Assembly (NCBI GenBank): GCA_951406725.2
Contig: OX597815.1
Coordinates: 184,636,001 to 184,700,000 of the forward strand
Source: Octopus vulgaris
Taxonomy: Eukaryota
Direction of reading: 5' to 3'
Length of the DNA: 64,000 nt
The position numbers and the translations under genes are program-made. Positions within the stretch are counted from its first letter, which is position 1. Every line of letters begins with the position of its first letter. The notes under the pieces were generated by a model. That model searched no databases, had not been told where the DNA came from, and saw only the letters and a list, made by a program, of their open reading frames with translations. Of this stretch, positions 26,714-40,020 are shown one piece after another.

Positions 26714-26887
26714 ATCCAGCCTTCTTCAGGTGTCTTGGGGAAAATTCGAACCTGGGTTCTCCAAGACACCTGATGAAGGCTGAAGGGTATATCAGCTGAA
26801 ATGCTGTGTTAAGAACAAACAAGATGAGGACAAATATCCGTCAAATGTAAATAATGTACATAATTCCTCATCTCTTAAATATAGAAT
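26714..26887. mobile_element. Family C fold-back element, centrally deleted; abuts the truncated end of the LINE RT
   Basis: CAGCCTTCTTCAGGTGTCTTGG is inverted with CCAAGACACCTGATGAAGGCTG; mutated HHR at 26765-26810. Confidence 0.75.
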
Positions 26888-27082
26888 TGAGGTGGATTTC
26901 TTCGACTAAAGGCGGTGATCCAGCATGGCCGCAGTTAAATAACTGAAACAAGTAAAAGCATAAAGGAATATGTTTGGGAAATTCAGCAACACACCTTTTC
27001 GTCCATCTCCGCGAAATATATTTTGCTTACCCACTGTACAATTTTACTCTCTTTTTTTCTAATGCAATATCGAGATTTACAG

Positions 27083-27216
27083 AGATTTCAAATTGTGCCA
27101 AAGTGCACCTTGCCTTTCATCCTTTCGGGGTCGATAAATTAAGCACCAGTTGCGTACTAGGGTCGATCTTATCGACTGCCTCCCACCCTCAAAATTTCGG
27201 GCCTTGTGCCTAGAAT
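27083..27216 (+). mobile_element. 5'-truncated SINE B (alternative tail)
   Basis: Core present; flanked by AATATCGA(G/A)ATTTACAG direct repeats. Confidence 0.75.
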
Positions 27217-27724
27217 ATCGAAAGAATATCGAAATTTACAGCTCTTCGGTGTCTTCTATCCTGAGAAACAAAGCAATTATATTTGCCATGAAAAATGTCT
27301 AATATATTCCAGGATGAAACTATGTTATATTCACAGCTAGAAATATTCTAATTATTTTTAGTGTGTCAGTTGACAAGGAAATCCAGAATCAACAATTAAG
27401 ATATTACAATTATTTCCTAGGATTTGGCGTTGGCGACCGATTTATTTTATCTATAATTACCGTGCAAATTCAATCAACCTTTTCATAATTTACATAGAGA
27501 TGATAGCATTGTAGTCATTTTCTGATTTAGAAGGTGTAACAAAATACTTTCGGTTTATTGATACATTTTGAGCATAATATTAAAATCGTAAATTTTCTAG
27601 ATCAACGCTCATCCCTAAATCAAGTTTATCACCTCTTCTCTAAGCTGGATTAATGGTAGTAGGACACCCATAGATTTTCTAGCTACAGGTTGTCCTTTAT
27701 AAATTAGTTTATTGAATAATATTT

Positions 27725-28088
27725 GGATCCCTTCACTTTGACCGGCAGATTTTTAAAATAATTTCTTTGTAACTAAACACTTTTAAACTTCGTTTACTGG
27801 TAGAATGTGTTACATAAAACATCTTTTTCTCTTGGCTTTCTTGAGAAAATTCTGTAGTTTGTAAGCTATTTCTTGTTAAATTTCTTGCATTTCGGCAATT
27901 TCGGCAATTTCAACCAATCAATGATGTCTATTTAGGTGAATACAATTTCTGCTGGTCTTTGAATTTTCTCAAGAAAGCCAAGAGAAAAAGATGTTTTATG
28001 TAACACATTTTATCAGTATACGAAGTTTAAAAGTGTTTAGTTACAAAGAAATTATCTTAAAAATCTGCCGGTCAAAGTGAAAAGATCC
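27725..28088. mobile_element. MITE with long TIRs and an 8-bp TSD (Merlin- or Mutator-like)
   Basis: About 125-bp TIRs GGATCCCTTCACTTTGACCGGCAG../..CTGCCGGTCAAAGTGAAAAGATCC; TSD TAATATTT at 27717-27724 and 28089-28096. Confidence 0.88.
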
Positions 28089-30381
28089 TAATATTTCGAT
28101 TAGCCGACTCACCCAAAATTTCTGGCCCCAGAAGTAGAAAGAAATATTAATCGGATTTTAAATAATACTCAACATTATGGCAACCAGTTTGCGAGATAGA
28201 ATAAAAGCAGGTCAAATAATACGTCTCGAATCACAAGTTTATAACTTACCGATCGGTCATCAGTGATAGACATCTGTTTTCAAATCTGTCAGTGATCCTC
28301 TTTTTCTCTCTCAAATTGATGTTTATAACGTCTAATGTAGTTTATATTACAATCATAATAGTCAATTCTTTATTAAATTGTAGCTTTTGAACGCCCATAA
28401 ATAAACTTTATCACTCGTAACACGCAATGCAGAAATGGACTCCCGAAATTTATCTCCAATGCATAGTGATTATAATATTTTAATATTTTCAATATTTTTT
28501 CCAATACACTCAAAATCGACATTTGCCTCATCATTACGAATTCTATAAAATGATAACCTGTCAATTACTAATGCAGATATAATCGACAATATCTCTTTTA
28601 AAATGTGTCAGCGTGTTCCTGTTAGAAATCAATATTCGTCCTCATATTCGAAATAATGTATTGTTTTGTCAATAACGAGGTGGGAAACACGCATTAACTT
28701 TTACGTTCACATGGTATTTCGAAAAACAATATTTTTCTTCAACGATAAATATTTTTTTTTTTATTACGGTCAATTAACTCTTAACGAACTCTTTTTCTTC
28801 GTTCTAGTTTATGTTGACCCCAAAAAAAGTTTTTATGAGAGCGGAGTAAAATATATTATAAAGATCCAATTTATGAAATACATAGGAACGTAAACTTCAA
28901 CGAAATACATCCAACTAAAAATCGAAACTACACTGTGGCACTCTTCCGTCGAGAACACGTACTTCATGGCTACCAGTTAACTAAACTGATTGTTACTGCT
29001 TCGAATTTTATGTAAATAAGATAATCTGATAATCATGTTCCGCTCACTTTTATGTGTATTATTTAAATTATAATCAGCTAAATTTAATTTGTGTGCCTTC
29101 GGTTTTTTCTTTTTCAAAATATTTTATCGGTCAAACGGCAAGAGTACTTGAAGAGGAATACAGCAGCAAGTAACGAGAAAAGAGAAATGGGTATTTGCAA
29201 TTCTAGTGAAAAGAATGTCAGCGGCACTCCCTCAATGGAATCACTTAGAGGAAGTATTTGTCAAAAAAATCCTACACATACGAACTCGAAAACTTATGTA
29301 TCTTGTTTTGAGAAACCAAATCCGCTCGTTATAGAAATAATTGGAACCCCTAAACTTTCCACGCGGTCAATCTGTATAACTTCAAAATTTGTTCTACCAC
29401 AATCGCATACAGAACAGAGTTAATCAATTACCGAGTATTATACACCGTATGTACGTCGACGAAACGATTGTCTTTCAGAAGTCACAATGCATAAAATGTA
29501 CCAAAATATCTTTTGTGGTATAAGTTTACAAGTTTTATTTGCTGACCTGTATTTTGCCGATTTGGAATGTTACGATGATCGAGAAGCTTTCTTTAAGATA
29601 TATGCAACCTTAGAATGCAGTTATGTTTATAATCAAGTTTTTCAACAGGAATTGAAAACTCTTTGTCATTTTCACACGATTCGAAATGTTTTTACTCATT
29701 TTTAAATATAATTTCAATTATTCAAATGTAGTCACCTGAATACAAGTCTTACATCCGTTCTCGACTCGACGACTGAATTTTATAAATGGAGAAATTCCAA
29801 AAGTGAAGTGGATACGGTTTCAGAAAATGCCAATCGGTTGATTGTTCTATTTGAAGACTTTATTTCTTGAGAGGGCTCAGAACCCTAAAATTTGTACTTT
29901 ATTTTTAATCGTGAATTTAAGCGGGTTTTAATTAAAGGGTTCAAAGTACCTTCGTAGAAACAAATTGTAATGATTCACTTTTGTAAATATTCATTTATAA
30001 ATATTCATTTGTAACAAATAAACTATTTGAGAATATTTTATAAAATCTTAAATATTGATTTTTGTTTTTACACTCCGACAAAATACTTCGAAAAATGATT
30101 TTTTTCATAGATAATGCTTGCATGTTTACATCTTAGCAATCTGTTTGTTCTTAATAAATGCCGGACTAATTGGCATCAACACCATTGTAGCTATAACCAT
30201 TGTAAATATCCGTAGATGAATGGTGACCAGTGATCAACTCGTTTCATTGCAGTCACTCTCACTGTTCATAGTTTTACTTTTGGCAATGTATAGGTTGTAT
30301 TTTTTACCATAAACGAACGCGCTGCTGTGACTTCATTGTTTGCCCATAATATCAAGGTAACTCGTATTGACAACACATAGT

Positions 30382-31564
30382 TACAACTAACAAGGTGAGT
30401 TGCCCTGTCAACTGAAATTAAATATTCCAATCTAAATGGCTATCACATGTTGTTACTACGTTTGATTTTATATATTCTTTTGTACCGAGCACTTTTCGCC
30501 TAGTTCTACCTCTAGCACTTTCTACGAATTGCTGTTTAATAACGAATTAATGCGAAAATTAGAATCTAATAACATCGCAGTTTGTAACAAATGGCTCCAT
30601 TGAATATACTCCTCCCCCTCCCTGATTTTTCTTTAAACATTTAAATCTCAGTTGGTGATGAAAAGAATGTGTGTAACCAGTCATTAGCTTATATTCTAGT
30701 ATACGGCACAATTGAATCCCTGCTGAGAAACATACGCCTTCGTAAAAGCAGTAAGAACTTCTAATTCATTTACAATTAACAAGGTGAGTTGCCCTGTCAA
30801 CTGAAATTAAAAATTCCATCTAAATGGCTTTCACATGTTTTAACTACGTTTGATTTTATATATTCTTTTGTACCGAGCACTTTTCACCTAGTTCTACTTC
30901 TAGCACTTTCTACGAAGTGCTGCTTAATAACGAATTTTTATCTATTTAAAGATAAATTTCTCATATGCAAGTTGAATATCTATTTCTTTACTACCCACAA
31001 GGGGCTAAACACAGAGGGGACAAACAAGGACAGACAAACGGATTAAGTCGATTACATCGACCCCAGTGCGTAACTGATACTTAATTTATCGACCCCCCCC
31101 CCCCCGAAAGGATGAAAGGCAATATCGACCTCGGCGGAATTTGAACTCAGAACGTAGAGGCAGACGAAATACTGTTAAGCATTTCGCCCGGCGTGCTAAC
31201 GTTTCTGCCAGCTCGCCGCCTTACGCAAGTTGAATATCATTTGCCGATTGTAGCAATTGACATTTTAAAGACACTGCTTTTTCTTACTGTTCGTATTAAA
31301 ATGCGAACTCCATGACAACGCCATTCATTTACCAACAATAACAACTGCGAAAATTAGAATCTAATAACATCGCAGTTTGTAACAAATGGCTCCATTGAAT
31401 CTACTCTTTCCCTCCCTGATTTTTCTTTAAACATTTAAATCTCAGTTGGTGATGAAAAGAATGTGTGTAACCAGTCATTAGCTTATATTCTAGTATACGG
31501 CACACTTGAATCCCTGCTGAGAGACATACGCCCTCGTAAAAGCAGTAAGAACTTCTAATTCATT
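30382..31564 (+). repeat. Local tandem duplication (30382-30770 vs 30772-31564)
   Basis: 30382-30546 matches 30772-30936, and 30552-30770 matches 31346-31564. Confidence 0.85.
30981..31222 (-). mobile_element. SINE B full length, in the second duplicate only
   Basis: 14-bp TSD GCAAGTTGAATATC. Confidence 0.9.
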
Positions 31565-31600
31565 TCGTTTACATGAGTTTTACAAAAAGCAGTTTCGATT

Positions 31601-32063
31601 TTTTTTTTTTTTTAAGGTAATCACCTTGTAAATTTTCTCTTGTTTTCCTTTTCCTAAAATATGATTTGAATTTCTGTATTTTTCTATCTTTCATATAATC
31701 AAGGAAATGCATTTTTACATTGTATATTTATAAAAACGACGTGTCAATTCACCTATGTCTTTTTTATTGGCCTTCATAAATTGTAATACATGGCGCATTA
31801 CATATTGATATTGTTTAAGTATAAACTTGCATGATATGGATCAAATTTCTCATTAATGCCACTTTGGAGATTGCTAAAATAGTAATGACTTTTTTTTTTT
31901 TAAGGTAATCACCTTGTAAATTTTCTCTTGTTTTCCTTTTCTTAAAATATGATTTGCATTTCTGTATTTTTCTACCTTTCATATAATCGAGGAAATACAT
32001 TTTTACATTGTATATTTATAAAAACTACGTGTCAATTCACCTATGTATTTTTTATTGGCCTTC
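31601..32063 (+). repeat. Direct repeat of about 175 bp (31601-31774 vs 31890-32063)
   Basis: Poly-T-AAGGTAATCACCTTGTAAATTTTCTC..TTTATTGGCCTT occurs twice. Confidence 0.85.
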
Positions 32064-32159
32064 TCAAAGTTTCTGTGCTTGGCATGTTTGGAATATCAGA
32101 GACAAGTGATAGGAAGAGTTCAAGTATCTTGAGGGCCTATTCACGAGCGATAAGACAAA

Positions 32160-32560
32160 AGTTTGAAGTGAATGCTAGAATTGCAAGATCTGACGCAGTA
32201 GTTCGAACCTTGGAAACGGAGGGGGCATGGAAGAAAGAAATCGCTATCTTCATTTCGGTTTTCGTACCTATCCTCACCTATGATCATAAATGTTGGACAA
32301 TGACAGAGAAATTAGGACCACGAATACTAGCGACCGAAATGGGATTCCTCTGAAGGATCTCTGGAGTCGTGTTACTCGACAGGGTGCCTGGCTCGGAAAC
32401 CTGGAAGCTTCCATTTCTCTAAAATAGGTTTCAACTTCGGTACTACGGACATATTAAAACCTAGCAGGAAAGAATCACGTGATGGATTCTTCGACCCGAA
32501 TCAACCAGCAGGCGTAAGCCAAAATGGTTGGATAATGTCCTCTCAGTTGGTCATGTTTGG
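32160..32560 (+). mobile_element. RTE-clade LINE C-terminal fragment
   Basis: IFISVFVPILTYDHKCWTMTEKLGPRILATEMGFL*RISG resembles the RTE PILTYG.E.W..T....RI.A.EM.FLRR motif. Confidence 0.75.
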
Positions 32561-32958
32561 GAATCAACTTCGGTACTACGGACATATTGCAATTTTCTCT
32601 TGTTTTCCAATACCAAATTTAAGCTACCAGAATTGATATAGTTAACTACAACCATTTAGATTGTGCTCCTGTGTGGTTACCCAACAATGACAGCAGTAAA
32701 AAAAATAAAAACATCCTTTCCTACCATTATTACCGGAATGGACGTAGGAGTAGAATCACCAATCCCCTCCTGAATAGGGTCCTTTCTGGCTGGATTTTAC
32801 ACACAACCAGTTACAATATACAAATGAGTTTCAGCTATCAAATTTAACATGCAAACTAGTTAACTCGAAGTTATGATTCTGCTGACCGATGCAATTAAAC
32901 AGGACACAAGGAATTTGGGGAAATAAAGTTTACAATAACGCTGTTCCTACTGTTGCTG

Positions 32959-33305
32959 TTGAGCGAAGCGGTCTTCGTCCCAGTGGTAGAAGTCCGAAAC
33001 GTGGTCCTTTGCTATTCGTAAGACCCGCAGAAGTGAAAGCAGGTCAACCCCCGACACAGAGCATCGACAGATGGATGAATGCACATCCAGACTCAGCGGT
33101 TGCGTAGCAAGTCGGGGACAAGAAACAGGAAGAGAAAGTTGGAGCGAAAGAGTACAACAGGGGTCACCACCACCCCCTGCCAGAACCTCGTGGAGGTTTA
33201 GGTCTTTTCGCTCAATAAACACACACAACGCCCAGTCTGGGAATCGAAACTGCAATCCTCCGACCGCGAGTCCACTGCCCTAACCACTGGGCCATTGCGC
33301 CTCCA
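32959..33305 (-). mobile_element. SINE D, tail type 3
   Basis: Same head and core as 9336, with an unrelated 3' part; TSD CTACTGTT(G/T)CTG. Confidence 0.85.
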
Positions 33306-33867
33306 CTACTGTTTCTGCGTCACATGCGTATAGTCTGATACACAATATACTATTTAAGCTTGTAAATGTTTAATCTGCTGATGGTCGGCAGACCGTACAA
33401 TTTTCCTGACTAGTTTCATACATTGTTTTATTTCTTCATATAGTTTTCATTTTTGCCAGAATTACCCATCCTCGGTTTGAACAAGGTCCTATAAATCATA
33501 AGTGTGTAGCTTTCTATATTCATTCTTTTAACGGTAAAATGTGCGTAATGCAGCTGGATGCATGCATTTTACAAATCCGAGAAATGTATAAATTTGGATT
33601 CTATTCAGCAGGTATGGAGTAGATTCTTTATAATTCATGTTAGCTGCCAGGCTCTCATACTTTCATTACTCGGGTACATAAAACATCGGTTTTCTTTTAA
33701 CTTGAAAATTAACTACTGAAGAAGTTACTGATCAGGAGGAATCTTCCGGTTAAATCTATACCTGAATATATTTTTTGGTAGGCATATTAGTTCTCCAGTT
33801 AGAATAAAGCCTTTTTGTTATTGCCTAACTATTCATGTAACTTTTAATGATATATAGTGCATATCTA

Positions 33868-34190
33868 CAGGGTTGACCTAAAGTAACCTGACAGTTAATC
33901 AAAACCATGGAATTCCACAATTTATTTAACTAAATGAATTTAATCTAAATATGAATCATGAAGATTGTTCAAGTTGAAGTCCTTCTTGAGCGACACCTTT
34001 TCTTTTCGAGTCCATACAGAATTGCAGATAGTATTTATGGAATTTTGATTTACTGTCGGGTGACTTTTGGCCAAAACTATATATATATAAAATATAGTGT
34101 TCGGCGTGCTGAAATTTAGCTCTTTCGATAAAGTCATCTTTGTACGTACAGTAAAAATTTCCGACCTTCTCGAGCGTCATTTTGTATTAA
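33868..34190 (-). mobile_element. Tc1/mariner 3' remnant
   Basis: TA|CAGGGTTG terminus; frameshifted INTICNSVWTR/KGVAQEGLQLEQ resembles a transposase C-terminus. Confidence 0.45.
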
Positions 34191-34319
34191 ACTATATTCC
34201 TTCGTTAAAGATTTTATACTAAGTTTCTCCGAAATTTGGTGAACCGTGCAAATAGCTTTCTTCTGAGGCCTGTAGGGCAAAAATATATTAAAACTACATG
34301 CCCTAGTGACAAAATAAAA

Positions 34320-34965
34320 CTTAGTACTGAAAAAGTGTTTGGCGATATTTCGTCCGTCTTCATGCTCAGAGCTGAAATTCCGCCGACGTTCACTTTGCCT
34401 TTCATTCTTTCGGAGTCGATAAATTAAGAACTAGTCAAATACTGGGGTTGATGTAATCGACTAGTCCCCTCCCCACAAATTTGAGGCCTTGTGCCTCCAC
34501 TAGAAATGAGCATTATAAAATCCCTTTATTATTAAGATTGTTAAAACTGGCAAGCTTTCTATTCTACTCTAGGTACTAGGCCTGAAACTTTTGGGGGATG
34601 TGGGCCAGTCGATTAGATCGACCCCAGTATGCAACTGGCACTTAATTTATCGACCCCGAAATGAAAGGTAAAGTCGACCTCGGCGGAATTTGAATTCAGA
34701 ACGTAAAGACACAAGAAAAAACGCTAAGCACTTCGCCCGTCGTGCTAAAGTTTCTGCCAGTTCGCCGCCTTAATTAGTAAGCTTTGAGTCGTTCATGATT
34801 TAAAAAGTTACAGTATTTCTTTCGGCTCTTTACGTTTTGAGTTCAGATCTCACCGAAGTTAACTTAGCTTTTCACAATTTTCTGGTTCGATAACAGTACC
34901 AATCGGGTACTGCAGTGAATCGACTCATTCCCTCAAAATTACTGACCTTATACCAACATTTGAAA
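34320..34965. mobile_element. Cluster of three older SINE B copies (+, -, +)
   Basis: Core similarity at 34320-34506, 34555-34771 and 34815-34965. Confidence 0.7.
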
Positions 34966-35749
34966 TCATTATTAAACGTACGATGATGGATTTGCACAAC
35001 CGTTGAAAATAAGCTCAACATTCGTTTTATTTTGCGCACTCTTTGCGTTTTAATTTCAAATCCCGCTGAGAGCAACATAGTCTTTCGCAGATTCCATGTT
35101 CAATAAATGAATTATTTTTCAGGCACTGGGTTCATATTTTTGACTCGAGCTCCCTTTCCCGAATAAATAATAATGATTTTGAGCTTAAGAAATTTTTTTT
35201 TTAAATTTATTTTTAATGTAGATATCTGATTTCCTGTGATCAAAATGATATTGACTAAATTCCCCCATGGGACTGATAGAATCGAGCCCGTGAACCAATC
35301 TGACTGTTAAATTGCTTTAAATGAATGGATATTGATAAACCTGTGGTGATGTGTGTGGTGTTATTGCCAGACGTTTCTTAATGTAATTCTAGTAAATATA
35401 TAGCTAACATCTGAAATTTAAAAAAGAAAGCAAAATATTGTTTTATAGTTTAAAGAAAATCTTTCTCGCAAAAACGTTGCAAATGACAACTATGGTATTT
35501 ATAAGGTTACTATCGGTCTTGGTTGCTTAAAGTTTGTTCTCAACAGATTCTGAAGTTCTCGAAATCTAGATGTTTCTTGGCTTTATTAAAGTCATATAGT
35601 TATACGTTTTAATATGAGCATTAAACGTTATTTGAATGAGCTATCGGTTTCGTCCCATTTGAAATATAACATCTAATGTATAAATTCTTTCACTGGCGAC
35701 ATTAATTTTATTATTCTGAAATCTGTTAAAACAGCAGCAGGTATACTAG

Positions 35750-36170
35750 CAGCGAGCTGGCAGCAACGTTAGCACGCCGGGCGAAATGCTTAGCGGTATT
35801 TCGTCTGCCGTTACGTTGTGAGTTCAAATTCCGCCGAGGTCGACTTTGCCTTTCATCCTTTCGGGGTCGATAAATTAAGTACCAGTTACGCACTGGGGTC
35901 GATGTAATCGACTTAATACCTATGTCTGTCCTTGTTTGTCCGCTCTGTGTTTAGCCCCTTGTGGGTAATAAAGAAATAGAAATAGGTATTTCGTCTGCCG
36001 TTACGTTGTGAGTTCATATTCCGCCGAGGTCGACTTTGCCTTTCATCCTTTCGGGGTCGATAAATTAAGTACCAGTTACGCACTGGGATCGATGTAATCA
36101 ACTTAATACCTATGTCTATCCTTGTTTGTCCCCTCTGTGTTTAGCCCCTTGTGGGTACTAAAGAAATAGG
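35750..36170 (+). mobile_element. SINE B tandem dimer
   Basis: Second unit starts at GGTATTTCGTCTG (35985); outer flanks AGGTATA. Confidence 0.9.
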
Positions 36171-37175
36171 TATATGCAGTTTATTTCACACATACAAAAC
36201 ATTTGAAAAATTCCTACTTGACCAGTCCGTTTGCAAATTACATTCTTGGTTATTGTCTCTTTCATTCTGTTTTTCTTTGACTTTTTTTCTTTTTGTAAAA
36301 ATACATTTAAATCGAGACCTATATTGACAATGAGACTTTTTAAGATTCAACCGGCTAAGCCCAAAATCATTATTCATATTCAGCGTATTTTTCTCAGACA
36401 CTGGATTGATGTTTTCTTTTCATTTGTTCTGCGTCCCCAAATGTATGGTATTGTATTGTCCCCTCTTTGTTAGTCCTATATGAACAATATAAAAAATCAG
36501 ACACTGGATTGATTTTTTATTTGTTTGTTTTCTTAGCCACATCATTCTCCTACGCGAGGCAGCGGCAATGAAATGATAAATGGTACTGGTGTCTGTTCAT
36601 TCTTTTAAACCCACATTCAACTGAAAACAACTTTACTTTTTTTCAAACATGAATAAAACAATGTGTGAATAAGAGACCGGTAACTGTGATGATAGTGTTG
36701 TGAATAATTTGAAGACTTCGTAATTCTCATTTCCTTTCTGGCCTTGCTAATGCAATAAATTTAAATATTTCGTTCGTTTGTTTTATGACAGAAAGACATC
36801 AGTGACTATTTTATACAGAATGAGATTGCAAGAACTTCCAAGGAGAGCTTCCGTAAAAAAAAAAAAAAACCCGATAAATTTGTGCTCATATAATTTTGTT
36901 CATCACACAGTTCGTTTTGATCAATGGAAACTAAACAATCAGAAAAGAGAAGTGGGAGGGCGGTTTACAGTTTTCTGAACAACGGCGAGAAAATGAAACG
37001 AAATATAAATTAAAGCTAAAAAGGAAATAAGCATTGTTTAGTGAGTTTAATCTTTAAGTTACTTGAAAACTATTTGGCGGAAGCATTGTATAGATTCACA
37101 AGCAAAATATGTTCGATTGAATTGACTTTAGCTACATTCTTCATACAATGGACTGCAATTTGACAAAAGAAATCT

Positions 37176-37372
37176 CTCTCTTTTACTCTCTTACTTGTTT
37201 CAGACTGGCCATGCTGGAGAACCACCTTTAGTCTAGCAAATCAACCCCAGGACTTATTCTTTGTAAGCCTAGTACTTATTCTATCGGTCCCTTTGGCCGA
37301 ACCGCTAAGTTACGGGGACGTAAACACACCAGCATCGGTTGTCAAGCGATGTTGGGGGGGACAAACACAGAC

Positions 37373-37424
<52 letters not shown>

Positions 37425-37590
37425 GAAGGGCTTCTTTTTAAGTTTCCGTCTACCAAATCCACTCACAAGGCTTTGGTCGGCCCGAGGCTATAGCAGAAAC
37501 ACTTGCCAAAGTTGCCACGCAGTGGGACTGAACCCGGAACCATGTGGTTCATAAGCAAGCTACTTACCACACAGCCACTCCTACGCCTAT
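37176..37590 (-). mobile_element. SINE A full length
   Basis: Family sequence. Confidence 0.88.
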
Positions 37591-37676
37591 AATTTATTTT
37601 TAACTTCACACGAGTCCAAGTAAAAGGCTGAAGCTTTGCTTGATTTAGACAGCTTTAATATATCATTTATAGAGAG

Positions 37677-38010
37677 TAAGGGTAAAGACCTCCTTCTGTC
37701 ATGAATGACCTAGAAAGTTACCCTCCGAGGCACACAAGTCCGAGCAGGGTTGTTTATGGAAGCCCAGCAGTCGCTCATGCATACCATTCTTCCCTCTCCA
37801 CGCTACCGATGTTATCCAAAGGAAAAGCAAAGGGGCTGATACATCTTGGCACCAGTGACATCACAACTCATTCCTACAACTGAGTGAACTGGAGCAACGT
37901 GAAATAGTGTCTTGCTCAAGAACACAACTCACAGCCCGATCCGGGAATCGAATCCATAATCTCATGAGTGTGATCCTGCCGCTCTAACCACTGAGCCATG
38001 CGCCTTCACC
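37677..38010 (-). mobile_element. tRNA-derived SINE family F
   Basis: Reverse complement of the copy at 60458-60799. Confidence 0.8.
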
Positions 38011-38149
38011 ATTTATAGAGAACGAAAATGTACAGGCGACGTTTATCGTAATGGTTTTGACTCGCGACTTAGCAAAGTATCGATTACCTTTTTTCTCCCT
38101 GCCAAACGATCGCGTTTGCCAAGAACCAAAAGAAGAAATTATTAAATAT

Positions 38150-38490
38150 ATATTATTTACAGTTGACGGGTATTTGTCCTCATTTTGTTTGTTGTTAACA
38201 CAACGTTTTGGCTGATATACCCATGGGCATATGGCGTAGTGGTTAAGAGCACGGGCTACTGACCTCAAGATTCCGAGTTCGATTCCAGACAGTGACCTGA
38301 ATAATTATAATAATAATAACATCGAAAAATACCTTAGGAATGAGAACCCAGGTTCGAAATTTCTCAAGACAACTGATGAAAGCTGAGGGTATATCAGCCG
38401 AAACGTTTTGTTAACAACAAACAAGATGAGGACAAATATCCATCAAATTTAAATAATATACATTATTCCTCATCTTTTAAATGCAGAACT
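38150..38490 (+). mobile_element. Family C: partial inverted left arm, tRNA-like head, (AAT)n and HHR tail
   Basis: A box TGGCGTAGTGG (about 38232), B box GAGTTCGATTCC (about 38275), HHR at 38368-38412. Confidence 0.8.
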
Positions 38491-38539
38491 GTATTATTTC
38501 ATATACATTTATCACTGCTTCCTCTGTTGATTTTCTTCT

Positions 38540-38960
38540 TTTGGCCGAATTGTTAGCACGCCGGACAAAATGCTTAGCGGCATTTCGTTCGTCATTATGT
38601 TTTGAATTCAAATTATCTTGAGGTTTTTACATTTCGTCCTATTTTAAGGTCAATAAAATAAGTAATATATGAACACTGGGGTCGATGTGATCGACTAGTA
38701 TCCCCCCAAAATCTCAGGCTTGTGCCTATAGAAGAAAATATTATTGCTATTATTAAGGCAGGGACCCAGCAACATAGTTACCACACCGGATAAGATAGTG
38801 GAATTTTGTGTCTTTACGTTCTGAGTTCAAATTCCGCCGAGGTCGACTTTGCCCTTCATCATTTTAGGTTTGAAAAAATAACTACCAGCGGAGAACTGGT
38901 TCGTTGTAATTGACTAGGCCGCTGCACACAATTTCAGGCCTTGTACCCATAAGAAGAAAT
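38540..38960 (+). mobile_element. Two diverged SINE B copies (alternative tail)
   Basis: Head and core similarity, tail CAGGC(C)TTGT(G/A)CC.ATAGAAG. Confidence 0.7.
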
Positions 38961-40020
38961 TATTATTATCATTATTTATAGGTTGTAGCATATTCAAGAC
39001 TTTGTTTAACTTAATAAGATAAAATTATGTATAAAAATGTCGTTCTTATCTCGTAAATACCAAAAAAAATACACACATCTCCTAAGCTTTTTCATTGAAT
39101 AACACAAAAATAACACAGCACGTTTCTTGCGAATACAAATTTGCGGTAGATCGGAATTCAGCATACAATGAACAGATCTTAATTTACAAGATTAATATAA
39201 AAGCAAGTATATACAGATAAGTTCTCCATAAGCTACGAAGTAATTTCCTGTTTTTCAGCGCGAATGAGAAAATGCTCCTTAGAAATGTAAATCTATATTT
39301 TCTTTCAGAGTAAGATCAGCGGAATTAGGTGCTGTCAATAATGTACGGGCTATTATTTCTAATTGGCTAAAATAATGTACGTTTCACCTGTAAAACTAAA
39401 GTGTTCTGGAATTTGTATTAGTATTGTTGCTTCTGTCATAGTTTTATACAATGGTACTCATATAAAAATTAGGACATGTATGTGTGTATCTCAACATGTA
39501 CTTGTATCAAAATATGTACTTGTATCAAAATATGTACTTGTATATATGTGTAATATACGTGTGTCTGAATGTAGACTGGCTGTATATATTTTATACTAGC
39601 GATTTCGTTTCGGATGTGCAACGAATATGTAGCAATAAAAAGCCATAACTTCACCGAAATACGTTAAATGTCGCTCTCGTGGCCATTTCTGGGGTATTTT
39701 TTTTCGTGTAGCTTTGAGGTATATTGTGCTTTTTAGCAGCATATATCTTTTGCACGGACGAAAAGCGCATGAAGTATGAAGTAAAAATAATGTTTACATT
39801 ACAGAGCTGCTTATAATTTGAATTTAAGTATACAAACGTATTTAAGTATGTATGTGAATTTGTGTGTGGGTATGTGTGTGTGTATATATATATATATGTT
39901 CATATATGTATTTATGTATATACGTATAAGATGGGATCAAATGGAACATTCGTTATTCTAACACCGCGCCAGTCTGGTCTACATATACGTTTGTACATGA
40001 AAAATATATATAAATATAGA

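Noticed and set aside
27083-27216. Possible downstream half of the SINE B split by the 24071 LINE
   Set aside because: It has its own flanking direct repeat of about 17 bp, so it is an independent truncated insertion
29091-29705. 110-aa and 72-aa ORFs in unique-looking DNA
   Set aside because: No recognisable domain, splice signals or continuity
30253-30394. Acceptor/donor pair suggesting an exon
   Set aside because: Stops in all three frames and no other support
38223-38300. Possible tRNA gene
   Set aside because: A and B boxes are present but the acceptor stem is incomplete and it is embedded in repeat family C; treated as a SINE-type head
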